Shown one piece after another: positions 14,726 to 25,200 of a stretch of 40,282 bases of DNA; position 1 is the stretch's first letter, and each line of letters starts with the position of its first letter. The position numbers and the translations under genes were made by a program. The stretch is from a virus (Duplodnaviria > Caudoviricetes), in IMG/VR virus record IMGVR_UViG_3300033076_000758, positions 1 through 40,282 of that record. One strand, given 5' to 3'. The notes under the pieces were generated by a model. That model saw only the letters and a program-made list of their open reading frames with translations. It had not been told where the DNA came from and did not search any database.

Positions 14726-15769
14726 ATGAGCGCCATCGTTCCGTTCGACTTTTCCGCCCCCGCCCCCCGTCGCCGCGAGTCGCGTCTGAACCTCGACGTG
14801 ATGACCCACTCGTCGGGTTTCCCCTCCATCTCCATCAAGGGCAAGGTCTTCGCCATCGTCAAGGGCGATGAGCGCACCCCCCTGATGCGCGAGGTGGACG
14901 GCGACATGATCCCGCTGCCCGCCTTGCAGCTCGGCGTCATGCGCGCCAACACCAAGAGCCGCATCTTCTACGCCAAGTCGTACCAGGAAGGCGACAGCGA
15001 CGGCGCCAAGCCCACCTGCTTCAGCCACGACGGCCAGCGCCCCGACGCCGCTGCCGACCAGCCCCAGGCCCAGAACTGCCAGCTCTGCCCGCATGCCCAG
15101 TGGGGCAGCAAGGTCAGCCAGGACGGCCAAGGCGGCAAGGGCACGGCGTGCACGGTCAACACCCGCCTCGCCGTGTACGACCCCAAGGAGCGCCTGGACG
15201 ACAGCAAGCCCGAGCACACCGTCTACCTGCTGCGCGTCCCCGCCGGCAGCCGCGCCAACTTCTCGGAGGCCGTCAAGCTGGCCGACAACGCCGGCAAGGA
15301 CTACAACGAGGTGGTGTTCAAGATCGGCTTCGACCCCGAGGCCCCGAGTCCCAAGCTGACGTTCAAGCCCATGGGCGTGATCTCGGACGAGCTGTACGAG
15401 ACCGTCAACAAGCGGTTCGACCAGCAACTGGTCAAGGACATCGTCGGCCACCCGTCGATGCCTGCGGCGGAGCGTATCGAGCGCGCCCCGGCTCCGGCCC
15501 TGCCCAAGGCTCCGGCGCCCGCGCTGGGCATGGATGACCTGGAGGCGGCGCCGGCTCCTGCTCCGGCGCCCCGCGCTCCCAAGGCTGCCCCGGCTCCGGC
15601 CCTGACCATCGACGACATCGACGACGCGCCCGCTGCCCCGGCTCCGGCCCCCAAGGCTCGCGCCCCCAAGGCGGCTCCGGCACCCGCACCGGTCTCGGCC
15701 AGCACCGAAGACCGCAAGGCCGAACTGCTGGGCGGGCTGGCCAGCATGCTCGGCATGACCGACGACTGA
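14726..15769 (+). CDS. Putative single-stranded DNA-binding/annealing protein
   Basis: ISIKGKVF, P.C.S.DG..PD, C..CP..QWGS, ACT, LLRVPA.S; Pro/Ala-rich linker and acidic C-terminus; lies between helicase and primase. Confidence 0.7.
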   Translation: MSAIVPFDFSAPAPRRRESRLNLDVMTHSSGFPSISIKGKVFAIVKGDERTPLMREVDGDMIPLPALQLGVMRANTKSRIFYAKSYQEGDSDGAKPTCFSHDGQRPDAAADQPQAQNCQLCPHAQWGSKVSQDGQGGKGTACTVNTRLAVYDPKERLDDSKPEHTVYLLRVPAGSRANFSEAVKLADNAGKDYNEVVFKIGFDPEAPSPKLTFKPMGVISDELYETVNKRFDQQLVKDIVGHPSMPAAERIERAPAPALPKAPAPALGMDDLEAAPAPAPAPRAPKAAPAPALTIDDIDDAPAAPAPAPKARAPKAAPAPAPVSASTEDRKAELLGGLASMLGMTDD

Positions 15770-15792
15770 CACCACTGAACCACTGAACCACG

Positions 15793-15817
15793 AGGGGCGG
15801 CTGAGTCCGCCCCTTTT
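15793..15817 (+). terminator. Intrinsic terminator
   Basis: AGGGGCGG-ctgagt-CCGCCCCT followed by TTT. Confidence 0.7.
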
Positions 15818-15831
15818 CACCTCTGACGCGC

Positions 15832-16104
15832 ATGACAACTCAACTCGACTTCTCCATCATCGAAAAAGCCGGCGTCTCCCAGGGGCAGTTCGGTCGGCTC
15901 TGTGGTGTTAGCCGCATCACCGTCAACTCTTGGGTCAGCGGGACTCGCGCCCCCAAGAAAGCGCGCCTCAACCGCGTGTCGTCGCTGCTCAACCAGTTGG
16001 GCTGGGCAGTGGCGCAGGGCAAGCTGCCCGTGCCGGCACGCAGCCATGCCGAACAGACCCAGCGAGTCCTGGACACCCTGCCTACCGACACCATCGGAGG
16101 CTGA
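15832..16104 (+). CDS. XRE/Cro-like HTH regulator
   Basis: AGVSQGQFGRLCGVSRITVNSWVSG...P. Confidence 0.8.
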   Translation: MTTQLDFSIIEKAGVSQGQFGRLCGVSRITVNSWVSGTRAPKKARLNRVSSLLNQLGWAVAQGKLPVPARSHAEQTQRVLDTLPTDTIGG

Positions 16105-16106
16105 CC

Positions 16107-19100
16107 ATGCTCCAGTCCTTCTACGAGGGCGTACTGCCACCAAGCGGGCGGTACGCCTTGTTTCTTGGTGAGTCCAAGCGGCACATCTTCTGCGCGTCCA
16201 TCGACGAGTTAGCCAGTAAGACCGCCGAGCTGGCCGCTCGCCGGGACGTGTACTTCGCCACCTGCTCGCTTGGCCCGGACAACAGCCGCAGCGGCGAGAA
16301 CGCCGTGGCCCGCAACACCATCTGCTTCGACATCGACGCGGGCGAGGCCAAGGCCGCCAAGCACGGCGACGCTGTCTACCCCTCCCAGGGCGAGGCCCTG
16401 GAGGCCCTGGTCGCGTGGTGCCGCAGCAACAAGTTCCTGCCGCACTACATCGTCTCCAGCGGGCACGGGCTCCACGTCTACTTCAAGCTGGACCGTGACA
16501 TGCCCGCCGACGACTGGCGCCCCCTGGCCAACGCCGTCAAGGCCAAGGCCCTCGCGGACGGACTGCGTATCGACGGCATGGTCACGGGGGACATGGTGCG
16601 CGTGCTGCGTCCGCCCGGCACGCTCCACAAGAGCGGCGAGAGCGTTGCGATCCTGCAACATCTGCCCAAGGCCTACACCCCCGAGGAAGTTGAAGCCAAG
16701 TTCCCCGTCGTGCGCCGTGAGCGCACCCGCCGCTCCCTCAACGCCGAGGCCCTGGCCCCGGTTGTTGTCGTGCCCCGCTCCATCCACAAGATCGTGGCTG
16801 CCTGTGCGGCCATGGGGCATGTGGCCGAGACCGGTGGCAACGTGGCCGAGCCGTACTGGCGCGCTGCGCTTGGTGTCGCCAAGCACACGTTCGAGGGCGT
16901 GGCCGCCGCCCACATGTTGAGCGAGGGCCACCCGGACTACGACCCCGACCAGACCGAGATCAAGTTCGACCGGTGGAACGCAGGCCCCTCCGCCTGCGAG
17001 ACCTTCGCCACCGAGAACCCGGGCGCCTGCGCCTCGTGCCCGCACCGGGGCAAGATCAAGAGCCCCATCGTCCTGGGCACCATGGAGGCCAAGGACATGC
17101 CGTCCCTGGACCCCCTGCCCGTCAAGTCCGAGACCCCTGCCGAGGACACCCCGTTCGCCAGCGATGACGACGAGGACGACACCGGCATGGCCAACGGCCC
17201 CAAGGTGCCGTGGGACGGCTACCTGCCCGAGGGCGTTGCGGTGCGCCCCATCCCTGGCGGCTTCGGCATGTTCCGCATCGAGACCATGCCGGTGCTCGAT
17301 GAAAACGGCAAGCCGACCAAGGAGACCCGCGAGGTGGAGTTGCGCTTCGCGGGCGTGCCGTTCTGGTTCGAGTCGTGGACCCCGTCCACCAGCTCGGACG
17401 ACTCCAGCACCTACGACTACGCCGTCTACAACGCCCAGCTCAAGACCGTCACCCGGTACAGCATGGTCTCGCAGACGGCCTCCAAGAGGGACACCCTGCT
17501 CGTGGAATTTGGCAAGCGCAACATCCAGGTGCCTTCCGAGGGCGCCAAGAAGTCCATCGAGGGCTTTGTGCGGGACTCCATCGAACGCATCCGTGCGTTC
17601 GGCATGCGCCAGAAGATCCCGTACCGCCTGGGCATGTACGCCGACCACAACGGCGACCTGTTCATCGCCCACGGCAAGCATGTGATCTACAGCGACGGCA
17701 CCATCGCCGAGGCAGGCCTGGGCAAGGGGCTGTCGTCGACAGCGGCGCAGTACGCCATCAGCCTGCCCTACAGCCCCACCGCCAAGTGGGGCCCTGAGGT
17801 CTGGGACGCGCACATCCTGCCCCGTGCCCGCGCCTACGTGGACCACCTGCGCGCCACCGTGCGTGAGGACCAGCCGCAGTACAAGCTGGCCATCATGCTG
17901 TCGCTGGCCTCCCCGCTCATCGCGTTTGCCAACGGCGACTACCGCGCCGGGGGCGACCTGCCGGAGATCGGCTTCACCGTGAGCCTGTTCAGCGAGAAGA
18001 CCGGCCTGGGCAAGTCCCTCGCCATGAAGCTCGCAGCCATGGCCTACGGCACTACCGGCTTGAGCAAGGTGCGCAACGGCGAGTCGGCCACCCAGAACGC
18101 CCGTGAGAAGCAGATCGCCCGCTGTGGCACCCTGCCCTTCTTCATGGACGAGGCCGGCGACCGCACCACCCCGGCGCAGCTCAGCTCGCTGGTCAAGGGC
18201 ATCGGCAACGGGCGCGCGGGCAAGGACCGCATGAACTCGGACCAGGACATCGTCGAGACCCCTGGCACCGCGCTCATCAACCTCATGGCCACCAACGTCA
18301 GCGTGCGGGAACTGGTGGCCGCCGCCAACGAGAACACCAACGCCGCGATCATGCGGATGTTGGAGATCGACTGCTCGGACATGCCGCAGCTCGACAAGAG
18401 CCTCGGCCTGGAGGAGAAGACACGGCGCGCAGCGATGGGCGAGGTCAACGGGTGTTTCGGCGCCGTGGTGCACCGCGCCATCGTCCGCCTGGGCCCGGCC
18501 CGGTGCAACCAGCGCCTCCGGGCCTGCACCGAGTCCGCGTGCGCGGCGCTGGGCGAGGTGACGCAGGGGCGCATCATGGCCGACGCCTTGGGTGCTGTGC
18601 TGGCCCTCCAGCGCATCATGAAGGCCGAGGGCATGGAGCTGTGGAGCAACGCCGAGCTGAAGGCGGAGTTCAAGAAGTGGTACGACAACTCCATGCGCTT
18701 CGGGCAGGCGGCCACCGTGGCGGCCACGTCCAAGGACCAAATCGCCCGCATGCTGTCCGACATCCAGAACGAGGTGCTCACCACCGACATCCTGGGGTCG
18801 CGCACTCCCGGTGCGGCCAAGCCCGTGGTCCGAGGGCAGGTGCCCCAGGTGGTCAACGCCCGCATCGTGGAGGAGTCCGGCGAAGCCTTCGTCCGACTCG
18901 ACCGCGTGCGCCGCTGGTGCCACGACAACCAGATCGGCATGCAGGGTCTCATCAACCGCGCCGTGGTGGATGGCCTGCTGCTGACTGCGCCGGGTGAGCC
19001 TGACGGGTGGCGCCGTCGGGTGACCCTGACCCGGGGCGTTGTCGCCGGGGCCAAGATCGCCACCGTGGTCATGGCAATCAACCTCAAGCGCATGAACGCC

Positions 19101-19166
19101 GGGGCCGACGACGATGTCGCGGCGCCTGCCGCCACCGTCACCGCACTCCCTAAGACCGCAACCTAA
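16107..19166 (+). CDS. Primase-helicase (AEP/RepB-like primase, Cys cluster, DUF927-like P-loop domain)
   Basis: FDID, VSSGHGLHVYF, RVLRPPGT.H; C..CPHRGKIKSP; Walker A TGLGKS, Walker B FMDE; GGAGG RBS before ATG 16107. Confidence 0.88.
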   Translation: MLQSFYEGVLPPSGRYALFLGESKRHIFCASIDELASKTAELAARRDVYFATCSLGPDNSRSGENAVARNTICFDIDAGEAKAAKHGDAVYPSQGEALEALVAWCRSNKFLPHYIVSSGHGLHVYFKLDRDMPADDWRPLANAVKAKALADGLRIDGMVTGDMVRVLRPPGTLHKSGESVAILQHLPKAYTPEEVEAKFPVVRRERTRRSLNAEALAPVVVVPRSIHKIVAACAAMGHVAETGGNVAEPYWRAALGVAKHTFEGVAAAHMLSEGHPDYDPDQTEIKFDRWNAGPSACETFATENPGACASCPHRGKIKSPIVLGTMEAKDMPSLDPLPVKSETPAEDTPFASDDDEDDTGMANGPKVPWDGYLPEGVAVRPIPGGFGMFRIETMPVLDENGKPTKETREVELRFAGVPFWFESWTPSTSSDDSSTYDYAVYNAQLKTVTRYSMVSQTASKRDTLLVEFGKRNIQVPSEGAKKSIEGFVRDSIERIRAFGMRQKIPYRLGMYADHNGDLFIAHGKHVIYSDGTIAEAGLGKGLSSTAAQYAISLPYSPTAKWGPEVWDAHILPRARAYVDHLRATVREDQPQYKLAIMLSLASPLIAFANGDYRAGGDLPEIGFTVSLFSEKTGLGKSLAMKLAAMAYGTTGLSKVRNGESATQNAREKQIARCGTLPFFMDEAGDRTTPAQLSSLVKGIGNGRAGKDRMNSDQDIVETPGTALINLMATNVSVRELVAAANENTNAAIMRMLEIDCSDMPQLDKSLGLEEKTRRAAMGEVNGCFGAVVHRAIVRLGPARCNQRLRACTESACAALGEVTQGRIMADALGAVLALQRIMKAEGMELWSNAELKAEFKKWYDNSMRFGQAATVAATSKDQIARMLSDIQNEVLTTDILGSRTPGAAKPVVRGQVPQVVNARIVEESGEAFVRLDRVRRWCHDNQIGMQGLINRAVVDGLLLTAPGEPDGWRRRVTLTRGVVAGAKIATVVMAINLKRMNAGADDDVAAPAATVTALPKTAT

Positions 19167-19170
19167 GACT

Positions 19171-19206
19171 AGGCCGCCCCTTCACTGGGGCGGCCTTTTG
19201 TCGTTT
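19171..19206. terminator. Terminator between the convergent early and late arms
   Basis: AGGCCGCCCC-ttcact-GGGGCGGCCT then TTT; flanked by stops at 19166 (+) and 19207 (-). Confidence 0.8.
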
Positions 19207-22200
19207 CTACTCGGCGAACCGGGCCACGTCGGCGTACTTCTTGGCCGCCTTGTCCACGCGGATGCCGGCGGCGTTGGCCTCGCGCTTGCCCTTGACCTCC
19301 GCCTTGCGCCACTGCACTTCCTGCTTGGTCGTGATGCGGTCGGTCGGGTGCTTCTCGTTCCACTCGGCGATCATCTCGCGCACGTCGCCGAAGTCCCCGC
19401 TGCGCATGGCCTTGCGGTACTCCGCACCGATCTTGCCCTTGGCGTCGTTCATGTTCTGCTGAACGTCGCGCAGGGCCTTGGTGCCTTCGTAGTAGTCCGC
19501 CTCGGCCAGCGAGCCGATACCCATGGCGCGCAGGGCGATGTCGCCTGCGTCCAGCGGCACGTTGATCGGGTTGCCCTTGGAGTCCGTCATGCCGTTGGCG
19601 GTGTAGCGGCCAGCGCGCACCACGTCCGCCACGAACTTCGGCGTGAGCTTCTCGGTGGCCTTGACGAAGTCGCCGTTGGCCGCAGCCGACAGGCCCTCCC
19701 AGAACTGCGCCCCCAGGCCGGCGGCGGGACCGGCGAGGTTCCACACCAGCTCCTTGGCGTCGTCCTTGGGCTTGCCGTCCCAGCGCGCCATCGGGAAGGG
19801 CGAGGCCACGTCGGCCAAGCCCAGGCGCTTGGACAGGTCCATGCCGAACATGGCCGGCAGCCCCTTGGCCACCACATCGCCCAGCTCGGAGCCGAACGTG
19901 TCGTGGATCAGGTTGCGCAGGCGAACCTCGGGCGGGCCGCGTTCGTCGTCATCGTCCATGCCCAGACCGACGGCCCACAGGATCGTGCTCAGGAACGGCA
20001 GGCCCATCGCACCGGCAGCCATGCCGGTGGTGGCGAACATCAGGCCCAGCGACTTCATCGCAGCCGCCCGCTCGGGACCGTTCTTGAACGCCGTCTTGGC
20101 CAAGTCCACCAACAGGTACAGCATGCCCTGCTGGAAGCGGCGGAACTGGAACACCAGCTTGGCCATGGGCACGCCGCCGCCTTCGCGCATCATGCGAGCG
20201 GTGGACTCCGAGCTGTAGTCCATCTGCGTCTTGAGCGTCACGCTGCGGGCGTACTCCACTGCGGCCTCATGCTCCTTGCTCCAAGCGCCAGGGCTGCCAG
20301 CGTCCTGGTTGCCCAGGGCCAAGCGGTAGGCGGCCATGCCGGTGCTGATGCGGTTGACCAGTTCGATCTGCTGCGACGCCCAGCCGATCATGCGCGACAG
20401 GCGGGCCAAGCCACGGCTGCTGTCGTTGGCGTACATGTTCAGCTCGTGCTGCTGGCCCTCGTCGATGAGGCCCGACTGGATGAGCTGGCGCAGCGCCCAA
20501 CGCTCGTTGGACTTGCCCAGGCTCGCCTCGGACACGCCCTTCCATGCATCGAACTTGCCGTCGGTCGTGCGGGCGGCCTTGATGATCTTGGCCGCATCCA
20601 CCCAGGCCCGCTTGAGCGCCACCGTCGACTGGGCCAGCCCGTGCTTGCCAGCGAGGACCGGCACCGACACCATGGCCGGCTGGAGCATGTTCATCGCCAG
20701 GAAGGCCGGCGACACACCCAGGTAGTACGTGTAGCCCAGGGCGCTGGCAGCGTCTTGCACCGGGGTCTGGTGGAACTCCATGTCCAGCACGCTGCGCTTT
20801 GCCATCTCGTGGGCGACGTGCATCACGGCGGACTTGTTGCCCGCCTTGTACGCGCGCTCGGCCTGATCCTGGATCTCCGCCAGCGCCTGGGCGATGCCGT
20901 CACCGTGCTTCATGCGGGAGGCGAAGAACGCCCCCTGCTGGCCCGCCGAGGCGAAGGCCCGCAGCATGTCCACGCTGGCGCCGGCCACGCCGATACGCTC
21001 GGCAGCGCGGGTCAGCGCGTGCATCTCCGGCAGGTTGGCAAGGTACACCTCGCTGATCGCCTTGAGTGCCGGGTCCAGCTCCTCCGAGCCGCCCAGCTTG
21101 TCGCGCAGGGCGTCGGTGAACTGCTTCATCATGGCCGCGCTGTCGCGGCTCATCTGGCCCTTGAGCGGGTCCTCCATGCGCGGCGTGGCGGACATGCCCT
21201 GCGCGGCGTACTTCTTGAGCGCCGCGTCGGCTTCGGCCTTCGTGTCGTGAGCCGACACGATGTAGTGCTTCGGGTCGCGCTTGAGCTTGTCCAGGGCCTC
21301 CTGGGCGACCTTGCGTTCCTCGCCCACGGCGTCACGCACCGCTTGCGCAGCGGCCTCGAACTCCTTGGACACCGCCACCGCACGGTAGTTGCCAAAACGC
21401 AACAGCGGGAAGTACGGACCCTTGAGCTTGCCCTGCTTGGCAGCGTGCTGCTGGCGCAGCTTGTTGGCGTCGGCCTTGGCCGCTTCCATCTCCGCCTCGC
21501 TGCCGCCACGGGCCAGGATCGCCGCGCCGCGCTCCGCTAACAGGTTATCCACCATGCGGTTGAACCCGTTGCTGCGCTCGGCCCACTGCTTCTCCAGCAC
21601 CGCCTTGGCGTCCTGGTAGACCTTCTGGGCGGGGCTGTCCTTGCCCAAGGCGTTGTAGCGGGCTTGCAGCTCGGCGTGCTTGGCCTTGTCGGTGACGTGC
21701 GCGTTGGACGGATGGTCAAGCCCCACGTCAGGGTGGATCTCGGCCATCGTGGCGTCCTGCATCAGGCGGTTCAGCACGTCCTTGTTGGGCAGGCGGTCCC
21801 ACGCCTCGGCCACGCGGGTGACTTCCTGGGCCATGGCGTTGCGGTCCATGACCATCTCCATGACCCGAGCGGTGCGGTCCTTCAGCGCCGGGATGGCGTC
21901 CTTGAACTGCTCCGTCAGTTGGAAGTTGGTCATCGACCACATGCCGAACTTCTTGAAGCCCTCGGCCACGCGGGAGGCGCCGTTGCGCGCCATGTCGGGC
22001 ATGGCCTCGCGGTAGCTGTCCAGCGACTCGCTGATCTTGCTGAACTGGATGCGGGGCGTTACGCCTTGAACCGCGCCTCGTACGCCTTGCGCTGCTCCGG
22101 CGTCAGCGCCGCGATTCGCTGCTCCACCGCCTTGCGCGTTGCGGCGCGCTGCTGATTGAGCGCGGTCGCGTTGGGCTTGTTCGAGGACTTTGGCGTTAAG

Positions 22201-25200
22201 GGTGCCGTCATAGGCCGCTCCTTCTTCCAGGTTCTGGGCGGGCACACCGAGTTTCTCCCAGAAGCCTTGGGCCTCGGGCACGATGTTGCTGATGTTGATG
22301 TCGCGGTCGGGGTAAGCGTTGAGAAGTGCCGCCACGGCTTTCTCGCCGGCACCTCGGCCACGCTCGTAGACCTCGATGTCGAGGAGGGACTCGGGCACGC
22401 CGTTGGCGTCCACCAGCAGGTCGACGTGGCCCAGCACGCCGAACGAGTCGGTCGGCATGATGGCGTAGTTCAGCACGCGCTGGCCGTTGGTCGGGATGAC
22501 CTCGATGCGGTCCACCGGTTGCGGGAAGGCGATGCGGACGCCGTCGCCCTCGTACTCGCGGTTGCCCTGCTCGTCGCGGACGATGCGGGACTCCATGAGT
22601 GCGCCGCCGGCAGCGTCGCCCAGCGGCGTGTCCAGCTCGATCTTGGCCGCACCGTAGGCGAGGTCCACCACGTCCTGCGGGGTCAGGTCCGGCGCCGTGA
22701 ACATCTGGAGCTTGCGCAGCGCCTGCTTCATGGCGCGAATCAGCTCGCTGAACCAGCGGGCGATGTCGCTGTTGTACTTCATCGCCGTCGGATCGATGCC
22801 GGCCTTGACGGCTTCCTCGACGAAGTACGCCAGCACCTCGGAGTGCAGGTCCACGTCGGGGGTCTGTGCTTGCCTGGCGCGCTCAACAGCCCGGCGCGCA
22901 AGACGCGACTCGATGCTGCCGTCGTTCTTGTCGGCCCACGACAGCAGCTTGCGGATCAGGTTGTCGTATTGAGCCTTGGTCAGCAGGTTGTCGATGCCCA
23001 GGTGGGCGCCGACCTCGTGCATGAACACGGCGCGAGCGTTGCCCGGGGCGATGTTGTCGGCCACGAGGTACGCCTTGCCGCCCAGCACGAACGCCTGCAC
23101 CTTGCCGCCAGTGCCCGACTCCTTCTCGATGGCCGCCTTGATGCCGGCGGGCAAGTCCTTGATGGACTGCACCACCTGCACGCGACCGTTCGTGGCGAGT
23201 TTGAGCTTGCGCAGCTCGGCGTTGACCGAGGCGACGGTGGACGTTGTGCCCTCGGCACGGCTGTAGCGGATGTCCGGGTCGGCGGGGTCGTACTGACCGT
23301 TGTTACCGGTGGCGCTCTTGATCTGCTCGGGGCGGAAAGCAACGTACTCCTGCTCGTCCCGATACGCCACTCCGTCGAACCCCGCCGCTTCCAACATTGC
23401 GCGGATGTTCTTGCCAAAGTCCCCGTGGCCTGCATCGGCCATCAAGACGGCAAGCCGTGTCGGGCTGAACCGATTGGTGAACTGTGGGGAGTACCCAAAC
23501 TCCTTGCGGTAGGCATTGAGCGCCTCCCGGAAACCGGGGATGGCCATGAGCTTGCCGAGGGGGAGCGAAGCCAGCTTGTAGTCGCCGTCCCAGTCGTAGG
23601 GGTTTTGCAGGCTGAGGTACGCCGGCATGACGCGCGATCCCGGCTCGTCCAGTGCGTACTGCGACGCAGTACCGATGTCGCCAAAGTAGAAGCCGTCCCC
23701 CATGTACCGCCCGCTGACGGCTTCCCTGAGTTCAAACGACGTGAAGTCCGCCGTCGTACCGTGGTACACGACCAGCGGCTTACCCTCGGCGTCCACCACC
23801 TTGGAGTCGCCGAACCAGCGCTTGAACTCAAGCGTAGAGGGCGCCGGAGCCTTGGAGAATTTCGGCCCGTCCAGAACCTCACGGTTGATCGTACGACGCT
23901 TGCGCGTCGTGACCTTTACGCCTTCGGATCGGGTTCCATCTCCGACGACAACTTCTGGTAGTGCGTCCGCAGCAGTCGCTTGCGGTGCTCCGGGCTGGTC
24001 ATCGGTGGAATCTCGCCGCGCAGCAGCATCTCCGTCTGCGCGTCGAGCACCGGTCGCAGCAGGTCGGTCAGCCCCGAAAGACCGTTCGGCTTCTGCGTTG
24101 ATTCGCTCGAAGGCGGGGTGGGTGTAGTCCGTGCGGTCGAGTTCATTGCGAACAGCCTTTACAAGTTCCGTGGCGACTTCATCGTTGATTGTGCGCCCAT
24201 CATCCAACGCGCCGCCAACTTCCACCAGGAAGCCGTACTTTGCCGCGCCCGGCAGTTCAGCGAACGCGGGGTCGCCCTGGAAACGGTAGCGGTCCCACAG
24301 CGCCTCAACCTCAGGCCAGAACGACGCCGTCTTCGGGTTGTTGAGAACCGCCAGCGCCTGACGGACCATGTTCGTGGCGGCTTCACGCGCCCGCTTACCG
24401 GCCTGGGCGTCGGCATTGGGGTCGGCGGTCACCTCGCGGGCACGGCGCAGGTCGGCCTCGCGCTTGCCGTCCGAAGTTTTCAGGCGTTCGGCGGTGGCGT
24501 TGTACAGCTTCTGCAACTCTGCCAGTTGCTCCGGCTTGAGCGCCACGCCTTCCTTGTTCTTAACGCGGGCGGCGTTGATGCGCTCAACCAGGGCCTCCAG
24601 GGCCTTAGGGCTTTCCGCGCCGACGATCTCGGCAGCGAGTTCTGACATCAGCTCCGCGCGCTTGGCGCTCGTCGCCCCGCCCTTGATGCGCTTGCCGGTC
24701 TCCTCGTCCTTGACGGACATGCTGGAGCCGGACTTCATCTCCAGGCTGTCGAACTTCGTGTCCGCCGCGCTTCCAACAGTACGGAAGCCCGCGCCGCCCA
24801 AAGAGGTGTCAGCGTCCTCACCGGACACGTCGCCGATCAGCTCGGAGGCGTTTGCGACCTGCAAGTCAACGGCGGTGCTGTTGACTGCGCGCGCCTGCAA
24901 GTTGTTCTGCTTGAGGCGTTTGTTGATAGCTGCGCGGGTGTACGGCTTGCCCGTGTCGGGGTTGACAAACCCCTTCTCCGCCACCAACGCAGCAATCTGG
25001 TCGTCAGTCAGCTTTGTGCCGGCAGCCAGGGCGCGGTCGAACGCAGACACGATGAAGTCGTCAAGTTGCTGGCTGGCAGCGTTGCGGCGCTTCACCTTCC
25101 CCTTGACGGTGTCTTCATCGGTGCGTTTGGCGCCGATCAGCGTGCTGACATCCTCATCCGTCAGTTCGATGGGCTGTCGGGCGGCGTCCACTCCTTGAGC

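Noticed and set aside
15480-15700. Pro/Ala repeats in the SSB-like protein
   Set aside because: Ordinary low-complexity linker with degenerate nucleotide repeats.
15771-15791. Short tandem repeat ACCACTGA x2.6 before the terminator
   Set aside because: Too short to assign a function; could be slippage.
24159-24416. Other alternative-frame ORFs in the giant gene (also 20267-20545, 21150-21509, 22980-23435, 23442-23882, 26010-26762)
   Set aside because: R/S/P/T-rich shadow composition with no shift of codon bias, unlike the three accepted nested ORFs.
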